Source: a virus (Duplodnaviria > Caudoviricetes). From it: a stretch of 64,000 nucleotides of DNA. The DNA is taken from the IMG/VR virus record IMGVR_UViG_3300032328_000860, positions 128,001 to 192,000 of that record; one strand, given 5' to 3'. Shown piece by piece: positions 52,201 to 61,720 of the stretch. Under the pieces are notes generated by a model. That model made no database searches, had not been told where the DNA came from, and saw only the letters and a program-made list of their open reading frames with translations. Every line of letters begins with the position of its first letter. Within the stretch, counting starts at the first letter, position 1. Position numbers and translations under genes: made by a program.

Positions 52201-54888
52201 ATGAAACTTGCAGACAGAACTATTGAGACGCATAACAGAGGTGTTGTTTCCGAGAGCCAATTTACTATTTCGCAAAATGCGAAAATGTTTAAAATCCTTT
52301 CAGACTCTCTTTATTCTGATAAGGTTATGGCTGCGATTCGTGAGCTTTCTACTAATGCTTATGATAGTCATATCTCTGCTGGGAATAAGAATCCTTTTAA
52401 GGTAACCTTGCCCACAGCTTCCAATCCTACTTTTATGGTAAGAGATTATGGTACTGGTCTTAGTCAGGAAGATATGGAGGACTTGTATACCACTTATGGT
52501 GCTTCCAATAAGAATGATAGTAATGATTTTGTTGGTTGTCTTGGTCTAGGATCCAAGAGTCCCTTCGCATATACCAAAAGCTTTACCACCGCATCATATT
52601 ACAACGGTAAGAAGTATACCTATATTGCGGCGATTGATGAGAGCGGTGTTCCTACTTTGAATCTTTTCAATACTTCAAATACGTCTGAATCTAATGGTCT
52701 TGAGATTAGTTTTGCTGTTAAGCAGCATGACTTTCAAGAGTTTACCGATAAGGCTAAGAGAATCTTCCATTATTTCCGTATGAAACCCATCCTTGAGGGT
52801 GGTATCGGGAATAGTCTGCAAGATCATAAGTATAGCAACACCAATATTATCATTAGCGGTGAGGGTTGGAGGGTTTGCCGACTTAACAATGACAATACTT
52901 ATTTTCCAAGTAACTACCATCGAATTGATAGTGGTATCGTAGCTATCATGGGTAATATCGCCTATCCTGTTCAGACCGCACAGATTGTGGGTCAAGAGAA
53001 GGATGAGATGCCCGATCACATTCAGAAGTGGAATAGAGCTTTCCAAAAGGCTGATATTGATTCTTGGAAGAGTTTTGTTAGTGAGATTATTAATTCTGGT
53101 CTTTATCTTGAGCTTGATTTTAATATCGGTCAACTTGAGATGGATGTAAGTCGAGAAGGACTACAGTATACTAAAGATGTTATCAAGACTCTGCGTAAAA
53201 AGACTCAAGAAATTTACATGGAGATGAAGGAAGAATTCTCCAAGAAAATTCAAGCTGCCAAGAACAAGGTAGAAGCAATTACTTCATACTATACTATGAA
53301 TGAATTGGCTGGCGGCTGGGGGGTTGGTGCTACTTGGACTGATCCCAAGGGCAAAGATCATTCTATCAACTCTGGCAATGATCTGGAATATAAAATTCCT
53401 GCCGGTAAGAGTCTGTACGTTTTTAATTATAAGACTGCTGGCTACCGTTCTCGTCGCCAAGTTGCTCTAACAGACAGAATCCATCACGAAACCCTTACTG
53501 GTAAAGGTTCTTATTATTGGAGTAACCAGAAGAAGAAGGGTAATATGGCTTTCTTTATCTGCGACGTTAAGGGTGAAGAAACTGCCAAGAAAATTATTAC
53601 AAGGTACTGTAATGCAAACGATTGCTTTGCATATCTTTTGATCGACACTAAAGATCATACAAAGAGCGGAGAGGGTTTTGATCAACTAGTCGAAGATGTT
53701 GGGGCTGAAAATCTACTCAAGGTTTCAGACTACAAGCATCTGACACAAAGTTCTGGCCCAAGAAAGTCTTATGGTAGAAATTCTAATGGTAGCGTCAGTG
53801 ACCAAGACGTATTCTTTATCCACGGCTATAATGAGGATAGTAAGCAGATTACTAATCCCTATAACGACGCTACTTGTCTGAGAATTCTTTCAGAAAAACA
53901 ACTAGAAGATTTTCTGGAACAGGATGAGATTGTGTACGTTCCTATGCTTCGATATAAGACTGAGGATCAGTCTGGTTATCCACAGATTAATGATATTGCA
54001 ATTACTCTTAGGGATCAAACACTCAAGAGCATAGTCAAGGACTTGGTTGGAGACAGCAAGATTTATGCTATTAAAACAGCTTTCGCTAAAAAGCTTGAAA
54101 AAGATGGATACAATCTTGTTAACTTCAATGACTTTTTGAAGCGTCAACTTAAAGTTGTAGCACACAAGCACTTCAAGAACCTCTCTTCCATTAACAAGTT
54201 TGTTGAATATTGCAAGAAAGACTTTAATGAAGAAGAGAAAAGGAGTAAGGGAGTCGGCTACGGTTATTATAACCATGGGACAACTGATAAGCAGTTTATG
54301 TTTCATATTCTAAATATCTTTGGTCTAGATTATGATAAGTTTATTAACAACAAGACTCTTGTGGACTGCTTGAATAAAACAATACTCACAGAGTTTTTCG
54401 CTTATACTGTTCATATTAGTCCTTACAGTATTACCAAGTTCAACCAAACAGAGTATCTGTCTCATATCTCTAAGCTTATGAAAGAGGCTGGGATAGAAGA
54501 TGTTGATGGTAAAGAGATTCGTAATGCTAACTTGGCTTATAACACTTTGACAAGAATGATTTCTCACAATTTGTATAATGGTCAAGTAGATAAGATAGAG
54601 AGCTATCTTAAAATTATCCGTGGGACTTCTACTCAAGATATCAAGACATGGAAAATTTCTGAGATTAGGGAAAAAATTAAGGCTGAAGTAGATAAGAATC
54701 CTATGCTGAAACTTATTATGAGTAATCATCAAGTATCTGGTAATCTGACAGACCTAAAGCCTGGTCAGAATCCTATTCTTGAGGATCGTCACTCATACTA
54801 TGGAAATTTTGGTAAGGATTGGATCCAACAGATGAGTCAGGAGAATATTGATCTATTAAAGATTCAGTTGAGTAGTTTAATCAAGTAG
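52201..54888 (+). CDS. rIIA: rIIA-like protein (GHKL ATPase N-terminus)
   Basis: LSDSLYSDK, RELSTNAYDS, DYGTGL, GCLGLGSKSPFAY, SREGL; upstream of rIIB. Confidence 0.9.
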   Translation: MKLADRTIETHNRGVVSESQFTISQNAKMFKILSDSLYSDKVMAAIRELSTNAYDSHISAGNKNPFKVTLPTASNPTFMVRDYGTGLSQEDMEDLYTTYGASNKNDSNDFVGCLGLGSKSPFAYTKSFTTASYYNGKKYTYIAAIDESGVPTLNLFNTSNTSESNGLEISFAVKQHDFQEFTDKAKRIFHYFRMKPILEGGIGNSLQDHKYSNTNIIISGEGWRVCRLNNDNTYFPSNYHRIDSGIVAIMGNIAYPVQTAQIVGQEKDEMPDHIQKWNRAFQKADIDSWKSFVSEIINSGLYLELDFNIGQLEMDVSREGLQYTKDVIKTLRKKTQEIYMEMKEEFSKKIQAAKNKVEAITSYYTMNELAGGWGVGATWTDPKGKDHSINSGNDLEYKIPAGKSLYVFNYKTAGYRSRRQVALTDRIHHETLTGKGSYYWSNQKKKGNMAFFICDVKGEETAKKIITRYCNANDCFAYLLIDTKDHTKSGEGFDQLVEDVGAENLLKVSDYKHLTQSSGPRKSYGRNSNGSVSDQDVFFIHGYNEDSKQITNPYNDATCLRILSEKQLEDFLEQDEIVYVPMLRYKTEDQSGYPQINDIAITLRDQTLKSIVKDLVGDSKIYAIKTAFAKKLEKDGYNLVNFNDFLKRQLKVVAHKHFKNLSSINKFVEYCKKDFNEEEKRSKGVGYGYYNHGTTDKQFMFHILNIFGLDYDKFINNKTLVDCLNKTILTEFFAYTVHISPYSITKFNQTEYLSHISKLMKEAGIEDVDGKEIRNANLAYNTLTRMISHNLYNGQVDKIESYLKIIRGTSTQDIKTWKISEIREKIKAEVDKNPMLKLIMSNHQVSGNLTDLKPGQNPILEDRHSYYGNFGKDWIQQMSQENIDLLKIQLSSLIK

Positions 54889-54981
54889 TCAGAAATTATT
54901 CAAGACCCCTTGACAAGCTTGCCGATTAGTGTAAAATGACAGTATCACGGGTATCGTAACTATAAACTAGGAGTTCGGATT

Positions 54982-55845
54982 ATGGCTGTTCCATTTATGT
55001 TTGTTGATGGTAATTTGACGCTGGTTCTTAATAACCAGAGTTATCAGGTGTTGCCGGATCATATCAACTATAAGTTGATTCTGGAAAAACTTCCCTCTGC
55101 TACAGCAGAGGAACTGTTGGAAGTTGTTGATGTTCAAAAGGCTGTTGCTACTTTCAGTGATGGTCTTGTGGAGATCAAGAATGGACAGGTTCTTTACGAA
55201 GGAGAGCAAGTTCATGGTAGTATTAGTAAGTGTATTCTGGAGTTTATGAGCAAGGGATTGCCGTTCCAGCCCCTTGTTAATTTCCTGAATAATCTCATGG
55301 AAAATCCAAGTATGCAGAGTCAGAAGGAACTGTATGATTTCTTGGAGCATGAGAATTTGGCTATTACTTCAGATGGTCATTTTCTAGCATACAAGGCCGT
55401 TAGGAATGATTTTAAAGATAAGTATAGAGGAACATTTGATAACAGTATCGGAAATGTTGTTACAATGCAGAGAGCAAAAGTAGATGATGATCGTGGTCGT
55501 GGTTGTTCTAATGGGCTTCATGCTGGAGCATTAAACTATGTTGCCAGTTATGGTTCTGTTGATAATGGTGATCGTATTGTTATCGTCAAGATTAATCCTC
55601 GTGATGTAGTTAGTGTTCCTACTGACTGTAATTGTGAAAAACTTCGTACTTGTCGTTATGAAGTTGTGGCAGAATACGAGGGGGAACTCATTAAACCATT
55701 GTATTCGTCTGATTTTAGTTATGCTGAACAAGACGATTATGACGATGACGATTATAATGTAGATGATTCTTATTGGGATCAATTTGACGACGATGAAGAG
55801 GAAGATGAATATAGTGAGTATGACGATGAGGATGAGACTTATTGA
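54982..55845 (+). CDS. rIIB: rIIB-like protein
   Basis: NPS...ELY.FL, FLAYK, CSNGLH, VKINPRDVVSVP.D, C.YEV. Confidence 0.92.
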   Translation: MAVPFMFVDGNLTLVLNNQSYQVLPDHINYKLILEKLPSATAEELLEVVDVQKAVATFSDGLVEIKNGQVLYEGEQVHGSISKCILEFMSKGLPFQPLVNFLNNLMENPSMQSQKELYDFLEHENLAITSDGHFLAYKAVRNDFKDKYRGTFDNSIGNVVTMQRAKVDDDRGRGCSNGLHAGALNYVASYGSVDNGDRIVIVKINPRDVVSVPTDCNCEKLRTCRYEVVAEYEGELIKPLYSSDFSYAEQDDYDDDDYNVDDSYWDQFDDDEEEDEYSEYDDEDETY

Positions 55846-55920
55846 TTAATAATAATTATAGCCTTTGGAGTTTGAATGGTGTATTACATAAGAAGTATTC
55901 ATTCTCCAGAGGCTACTATT

Positions 55921-56499
55921 ATGACAATTCAAGAAATCATTAGAGACAAGAAAAGATTAAAAAAACTTATAATCGAAGGAAAAACGGCCAAAGAGTTATC
56001 TGAGATATATAATTGCTCAAAAAGTACTATTCATGAAGTAAAAAACAGATTAGGTTATTTAAGTAATAAATTACGTCCAGAGGATAAAACTAATAGAAAG
56101 GCTCTTGGAATTGTTGGTTGTGAGATTTGTGGTAAATCTGGATCTTTAAGAACTTGTACTAGATGTGCTAATAAAATAATTAAAATCGCCAAAAAGAAAA
56201 TTTTGATAGAAAAACTTGGAAATAAATGTGAAATATGTGGATATGATAAATATCAAAACGCTTTAGACTTTCATCATATAGATCCAGAATATAAAGAATA
56301 TGTAATTGGAGAAATTAATACAGATTTTAGTAAACTTCTTAAAGAAACAGATAAATGTAAATTACTATGTAATAGATGCCATAGAGAATTACACTACGAA
56401 GAATCAGATACGATTGGTTTTATAACTAAGAGCAAATCAAAAATTGATAGGACAATAAAAAATTTAAAACAAAAATATAAAGTGGAGTCTGGTGACTAA
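55921..56499 (+). CDS. HNH endonuclease
   Basis: CEICGY..ALDFHH.D..KC.LLCNRCHRELH. Confidence 0.88.
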   Translation: MTIQEIIRDKKRLKKLIIEGKTAKELSEIYNCSKSTIHEVKNRLGYLSNKLRPEDKTNRKALGIVGCEICGKSGSLRTCTRCANKIIKIAKKKILIEKLGNKCEICGYDKYQNALDFHHIDPEYKEYVIGEINTDFSKLLKETDKCKLLCNRCHRELHYEESDTIGFITKSKSKIDRTIKNLKQKYKVESGD

Positions 56500-56636
56500 G
56501 ATAATAACCTCTGGTTGGGAAACTCAACAAACGCTATTTGAGAGGGTTCGATTCCCTCCCGCTATTTTATATCGCTAATGATAGTAAGGGTTACTATCCC
56601 GATATGGTTTGAGATTATTAAAATTAATGGTGAAAT

Positions 56637-57824
56637 ATGTTTAAGATGGAACTTGGTTTTAATCCCTACGATAATAAAACTAATCAAGCTTTTAATCAAC
56701 GGGACTGCGAAATGAGAGGAAAATTTATCCACTCTTTTGGTGGCGAGCAAAATATTTATTGTTACAATGGAGATCCTCGTAAAAAAATCAGTACTATGTC
56801 TCATACTGCTGACCTAACTCTAGCGGTTCATGCTAATCTAAATAATAGTTCAGATGTTTACTTTTATGTGAACGGTGGACGAAAGCAATATGCTATTAAT
56901 GAGTTCCGCTCCTGCTTTGTTGATATTGATGCTGGGCGAGATTCTACTGGTAACTATCTTTCCTCAAAAGAGGTTATGAGGTTTAAGCAGGCTACCCTTG
57001 ATAAGATAAATAGTTTTTCGGTAACTCCTAGTTGGGTTGTTGATACCCGTAATGGTTATCAGGTTTATTGGATTTTGGATAAAAATAGCAGATATATCAA
57101 TAAACAAAATTGGAATGGTATTCAGAAGAAGTTGGTAAATTACTTTGGAGGAGATGCACGAGCCATCAAGACTAATCAGATTTATCGAGTTCCTTATACT
57201 TGGTGGCGTAAGTGCTGGGAGAAGAAAGCTTCTTACTACTCTACTGTTCTTCAAGGTTCAACTGGTCAGATCGTTAATGTTCAAGATTTAATAGCTGCAT
57301 TAACTGGTCAACCAGCAACAGTAAATATTGTTCCTAATGCTACTAGTGATGCTTGGTTTGATAAGTGGCGTGAAACTTATAAGAAGTCTGATAATAATGG
57401 ACTTCCAGTAAGTTTTGATGCTGCCACAAAGATTCTGAATGAACTTAATAGTCAAAAAACAGTCTATACTAATAGTGTCTCTGATAGTTGTTGTCAAAAG
57501 AATACTAAAGATAATGCGTGGGGAGACTTTGGTAAGACTTATAGTATTAATAAAGAAGATCCTAATAAGTATGTTGATTATAAGTGCAATAAGTCTTTTG
57601 GCAATAATTATGAGAAGACTTATGGTGATCCGTCGCCAACGCTACCTTCTCATGCTGGCAAAAGCGGTTTAGATTTGAGTGAGTCACAGGCCAAACTTTT
57701 AAAAACGGTGGTCGAGTACCTCAACCAAGCGTCTACAGCGTTGTATTTCAGCAACAACCGATTCCTTTCTGGTGCTGCCAGAGACTTGGCAAATCAGATT
57801 AGTGACAAGTTTTGTATCGGTTGA
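56637..57824 (+). CDS. RepB-primase / AEP-like domain protein
   Basis: FVDID, PSWVVDTRNGYQVYW, GD......RVP motifs. Confidence 0.75.
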   Translation: MFKMELGFNPYDNKTNQAFNQRDCEMRGKFIHSFGGEQNIYCYNGDPRKKISTMSHTADLTLAVHANLNNSSDVYFYVNGGRKQYAINEFRSCFVDIDAGRDSTGNYLSSKEVMRFKQATLDKINSFSVTPSWVVDTRNGYQVYWILDKNSRYINKQNWNGIQKKLVNYFGGDARAIKTNQIYRVPYTWWRKCWEKKASYYSTVLQGSTGQIVNVQDLIAALTGQPATVNIVPNATSDAWFDKWRETYKKSDNNGLPVSFDAATKILNELNSQKTVYTNSVSDSCCQKNTKDNAWGDFGKTYSINKEDPNKYVDYKCNKSFGNNYEKTYGDPSPTLPSHAGKSGLDLSESQAKLLKTVVEYLNQASTALYFSNNRFLSGAARDLANQISDKFCIG

Positions 57825-58985
57825 GAGTTCTGTGTCAGGGGTATTGGAGATTCCATACCCTTTTGACACAACAATAATATAAGGATAAAATAAATGGGTA
57901 GACATATAAATCCTCTGTTAAAACTTTTGTTGAATGATAAAGAAGCAAAAAAAGATTTTATTGAATTAGTTCAAAACCATGGAGATAAATGGACTACTTC
58001 AAAATATCTTGAAGATGGTAAGTTTAGAAACACCAAATGGTTTGTTAGTGGTCAAACAATTGGTAATATTATGAAGAGGTTGGGTTTTGTTGGTCGTCGA
58101 GGTAAACCGGCAAGAAAACCAGAGTCAATAGTGAAAGAACAAAACAGATGGATGTATGGTGATCCAGGATGTAATTAAATTATGAACCAAGATGAAAACA
58201 ATTACAATGACTATGATGATAGTCAGGACAATTTAGAGAGTCAGTATAAACATTATTTTAAGTTTGATCCCGAAGCGTGGGATGCTTGGGGCAAATGGTT
58301 ATATGATGCGTTAAATGAAGCTGTTGAGATTTCACCAAATGTGTGGTATACTTATGGTTTTCCATCGAAGTCGATTCCTGTGAATAGTTATATCTCCAAT
58401 ACTGACAAGGGTCACTCCTTCCAGTATTTGGGGAATAACTATCAAAACCAAGAAGTGTGGAAAGCTAAATATTTTATACATAACCCAATAAATACAGAAT
58501 ATGCATTACACATCCAATCTCACGCTAAATATTTTTTACAACAGCCTAATTACTATAAAGGCCTATTCGATATTCTTAACTAGAAAGTATGTGTATTATG
58601 ACAGATATGTTTGTAATTAAAGACCTGGATCATTTTATAGATAGTACTCGTAAATTAGTGTTTAATAGCTTTGGTAAACAAGATGCTTCAAATCAATCTA
58701 TAAACCAAATGTTGTATAGCGATATGTCAGAATCAGACATTAATGAAATGGATAGAGTGCTCAGTATTTCTGAAACAGAAATTATCATAAAAAATCGTCT
58801 AAAAAAGCAAAAAAATAAAACAACAGGAGAACATAGATATATATTGACAGAATCACAATTCTGTGATATAGTAGAAGATCTTAATTCTAGGATGGTTAGT
58901 AACTTACTAAGCGAATTAGCTGCCAAAGGCATGATAGAATCCGCATACGATTCCGAACTCAATGACTTTGTATTTTGGATTAAAG

Positions 58986-59396
58986 ATGATGAACAAACAA
59001 AAGAAGACAATACGTCAAGTTAAACCATGTGATATTGATATACACTTCAAATACAAGTGCTCAAATGAAGAGTGTAATATTGAACACTGGTTATTTCTAA
59101 AAGAATCTAAAACTAAAAACTTTAAAATCGTATGTGAATGTGGTAATATTTATATTCCTAAAAGAGTTTCTAAATTAGTTATTAGATATGCTGGTTCTCT
59201 AAAACAAAAACACTCAACACAAAAGTTATCCAATAATATTTTACAAAAATGCATTAAGATATTGGATAAATACGGTTTTGATAAGACGGAATCAGAGAAA
59301 CTTATACAGCAGGCTTTTGAACAAAGCAAGAGTGAAGAAATAGGTTCATTAATTAAATTGGCTTTACAACTATTTGGAGGTAATAATAATGTCTAA
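58986..59396 (+). CDS. Zn-ribbon plus RuvA C-terminal-domain-like protein
   Basis: CxxxxC..H..CECG; C-terminal IL.KYGF...E....I..A......LIKLAL; overlaps ruvB start. Confidence 0.6.
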   Translation: MMNKQKKTIRQVKPCDIDIHFKYKCSNEECNIEHWLFLKESKTKNFKIVCECGNIYIPKRVSKLVIRYAGSLKQKHSTQKLSNNILQKCIKILDKYGFDKTESEKLIQQAFEQSKSEEIGSLIKLALQLFGGNNNV

Positions 59397-60276
59397 TGGT
59401 ATGCGTCCTACGTCGTTTGATGAAATTGTTGGTCAGAGCGAAGTTATAAGCAGACTCAGAGTGTCTGTGGTCGGCTGTAAAAACACTAATACGGTGATGC
59501 CTCATGTTTTAATAGACGGCCCTCCTGGGCTTGGTAAAACAACAATAGCGGGCGCTATCGCAAAGGAGTTGGATGTGAACCTATATACAACCAACGCTGC
59601 TAATATACGTAGTGTTAAAAATATTATGTCTTACTTGTTAGGAATAGCTCCTAGATCAGTATTATTTATTGATGAGATTCATAGGCTTCCTAAATTAGTA
59701 GAAGAATTTCTATATCCAGTAATGGAAGACTTTGTTCTTACTATTACTACTGAAGATAAACCTGAACAAATAGATTTGCCAGCTTTTACTGTTGTAGGAG
59801 CAACTACTAGTGGAGGTAGTCTGAGTCAACCGTTTTATGATAGATTTAGTATCAAAGAACACTTGTCTTTTTATAATACTGATGATTTAGCTAAACTAGC
59901 AAAGTTTAACTGTGAAAAGCTGTCTATAACTGTTAGTGATGAGGATTTATTAGAAATTGCTAAAAGAAGCAAAGGCACACCAAGAATTTTAAATTCACGC
60001 TTACAATGGTATAGAAACTATACAAGTTGTCATGGCTGCAACGATCCTATATCAAAAATCTATGATCTTCAAGGAATTGATGAGCACGGTTTGGACACTT
60101 ATGATCGTATGTACTTAGAAGTTCTAAAGAAAAATAAAAATAATCCATTGGGTCTTAAGGCTATATCTTCTATGACAGGTATTGCCATAGACACTATAGA
60201 GAATAGTATTGAGCCATTCTTAGTGCGTAAAGGATTGGTTATGCGTACTCAAAAAGGAAGAGTGCTGTCTAGTTAA
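59389..60276 (+). CDS. ruvB: Holliday junction branch migration ATPase
   Basis: RP.SF.E.VGQ, GPPGLGKTT, FIDEIHRL, LYPVMED, GATT, GTPR, EPFL. Confidence 0.95.
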   Translation: MSNGMRPTSFDEIVGQSEVISRLRVSVVGCKNTNTVMPHVLIDGPPGLGKTTIAGAIAKELDVNLYTTNAANIRSVKNIMSYLLGIAPRSVLFIDEIHRLPKLVEEFLYPVMEDFVLTITTEDKPEQIDLPAFTVVGATTSGGSLSQPFYDRFSIKEHLSFYNTDDLAKLAKFNCEKLSITVSDEDLLEIAKRSKGTPRILNSRLQWYRNYTSCHGCNDPISKIYDLQGIDEHGLDTYDRMYLEVLKKNKNNPLGLKAISSMTGIAIDTIENSIEPFLVRKGLVMRTQKGRVLSS

Positions 60277-60311
60277 AAAAGATATTAATATTACTAATAT
60301 AGGTTTTGGTT

Positions 60312-60341
60312 AAAGGGGCATTATTGCCCCTTTTTCTTTTT
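60312..60341 (+). terminator. intrinsic terminator
   Basis: AAAGGGGCA-TTAT-TGCCCCTTT plus T-run. Confidence 0.85.
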
Positions 60342-60368
60342 GTATAATGGTGTAAATGTTACTGGAGG

Positions 60369-60686
60369 ATGTTGACTATGGAGATTTTATTATCTATATT
60401 GACCATAATATTATTATTTAATTTAGTATTTATCGCTGGTATTTATATTGGCTTAAACTACAATAGTCAGGCTAATTTTGGGAGCCAGTTGATTTTTAAT
60501 AAGACAGACAAATTAAAAAATACAAATAATAATACTATAAACAAAATATCTATTGATGATACCAAATATGTAACTAAGATTAATACAGATAATCTGGAAA
60601 AAAAATACGACGATATAGCCTCAATAAAATATTCAGAAGACACAATAGAAAGTTCTGTAAATAAACTCAAAACACTAAAAGGTTAA
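60369..60686 (+). CDS. membrane-anchored hypothetical protein
   Basis: N-terminal TM helix; co-transcribed with actin-like gene. Confidence 0.65.
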   Translation: MLTMEILLSILTIILLFNLVFIAGIYIGLNYNSQANFGSQLIFNKTDKLKNTNNNTINKISIDDTKYVTKINTDNLEKKYDDIASIKYSEDTIESSVNKLKTLKG

Positions 60687-60693
60687 TTAAATT

Positions 60694-61695
60694 ATGGCAA
60701 AAGGCTTAGACGTAGGTACTAGTTTTATAGTATTGTCTGAAGAAATAAACGGGAAAATAGTCTATAAAGACTTTAGAGATGCTTTTTATAATATTAATCC
60801 AACAACGCCCGTTGCTTCTAAAATGATTGAAAAAGGTTTAGCCGGTAAAATCTTTATAAAAGATACTAATGGTTCATTTATTTTATTAGGTCAAGATGCT
60901 ATTGATAAAGCTATTGAAAGAAACGATAATGCTAAAAGACCCATGAGCAAAGGTGTGGTGTCTGCTAAAGAAAAAGACGCTAAAAGAGTTTTAGCTTTTA
61001 TCTTAAAAGAAGTTGCTGGACAAGCAAAAGAACAAAATGAAAAACTGGTCTTTTGCGTTCCTGCTCAACCAGTAGATCAAGAAGATGAAGATTTTGATAT
61101 AGGATATCATGAAGATGTAGTCAAATCTATTTTATCAGAATGTGGTTATTCTGCAATATCAATAAATGAAGCAGAAGCGTTGTGCTATGCTGAATTAGAA
61201 ACTGAGGATTATACTGGCATAGCTGTCAGTTGTGGGGCTGGTATGACTAATGTTTGCGTGATGTTAAACGGTGAGCCAACAGTAGTATTTAGTACAACTA
61301 AGTCAGGTGATTGGATCGACCGTATGAGTGCTGTTGCTACTGGAGAAAAAGATAGTGTAGTTCAAGCAGAAAAAGAGGGAGGAAATTTTACTATTGGAGA
61401 AAAGAATGATAATCCAGTATTAGCAGCAGTATCGTCATACTATGAAAGACTTATTGATTATACTACTAAAAATTTATCTTTAGCATTAACAGAGCATAAA
61501 TTATTACCTAAGTTTAAAAATCCACTAAAAATAGTTGTTGCTGGTGGTACTTCTCAAGCTAGGGGCTATATCGATAATTTTAGTCGAAAATTAATTGATA
61601 ATAAATTTCCATTATCTATAAAACAAGTTATTCACGCAGAAGATCCCTTACATGCGGTGTCTAAGGGTTGTCTAATAGCCTCTAAAATATTATAA
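60694..61695 (+). CDS. actin-fold ATPase (MreB/MamK/ParM-like)
   Basis: [36 protein letters not shown] motifs. Confidence 0.85.
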   Translation: MAKGLDVGTSFIVLSEEINGKIVYKDFRDAFYNINPTTPVASKMIEKGLAGKIFIKDTNGSFILLGQDAIDKAIERNDNAKRPMSKGVVSAKEKDAKRVLAFILKEVAGQAKEQNEKLVFCVPAQPVDQEDEDFDIGYHEDVVKSILSECGYSAISINEAEALCYAELETEDYTGIAVSCGAGMTNVCVMLNGEPTVVFSTTKSGDWIDRMSAVATGEKDSVVQAEKEGGNFTIGEKNDNPVLAAVSSYYERLIDYTTKNLSLALTEHKLLPKFKNPLKIVVAGGTSQARGYIDNFSRKLIDNKFPLSIKQVIHAEDPLHAVSKGCLIASKIL

Positions 61696-61720
61696 TCTAT
61701 TAAACAGTATAAAAATAATT

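Noticed and set aside
52675-55782. Several minus-strand ORFs in the rII region
   Set aside because: Antisense shadows of rIIA and rIIB.
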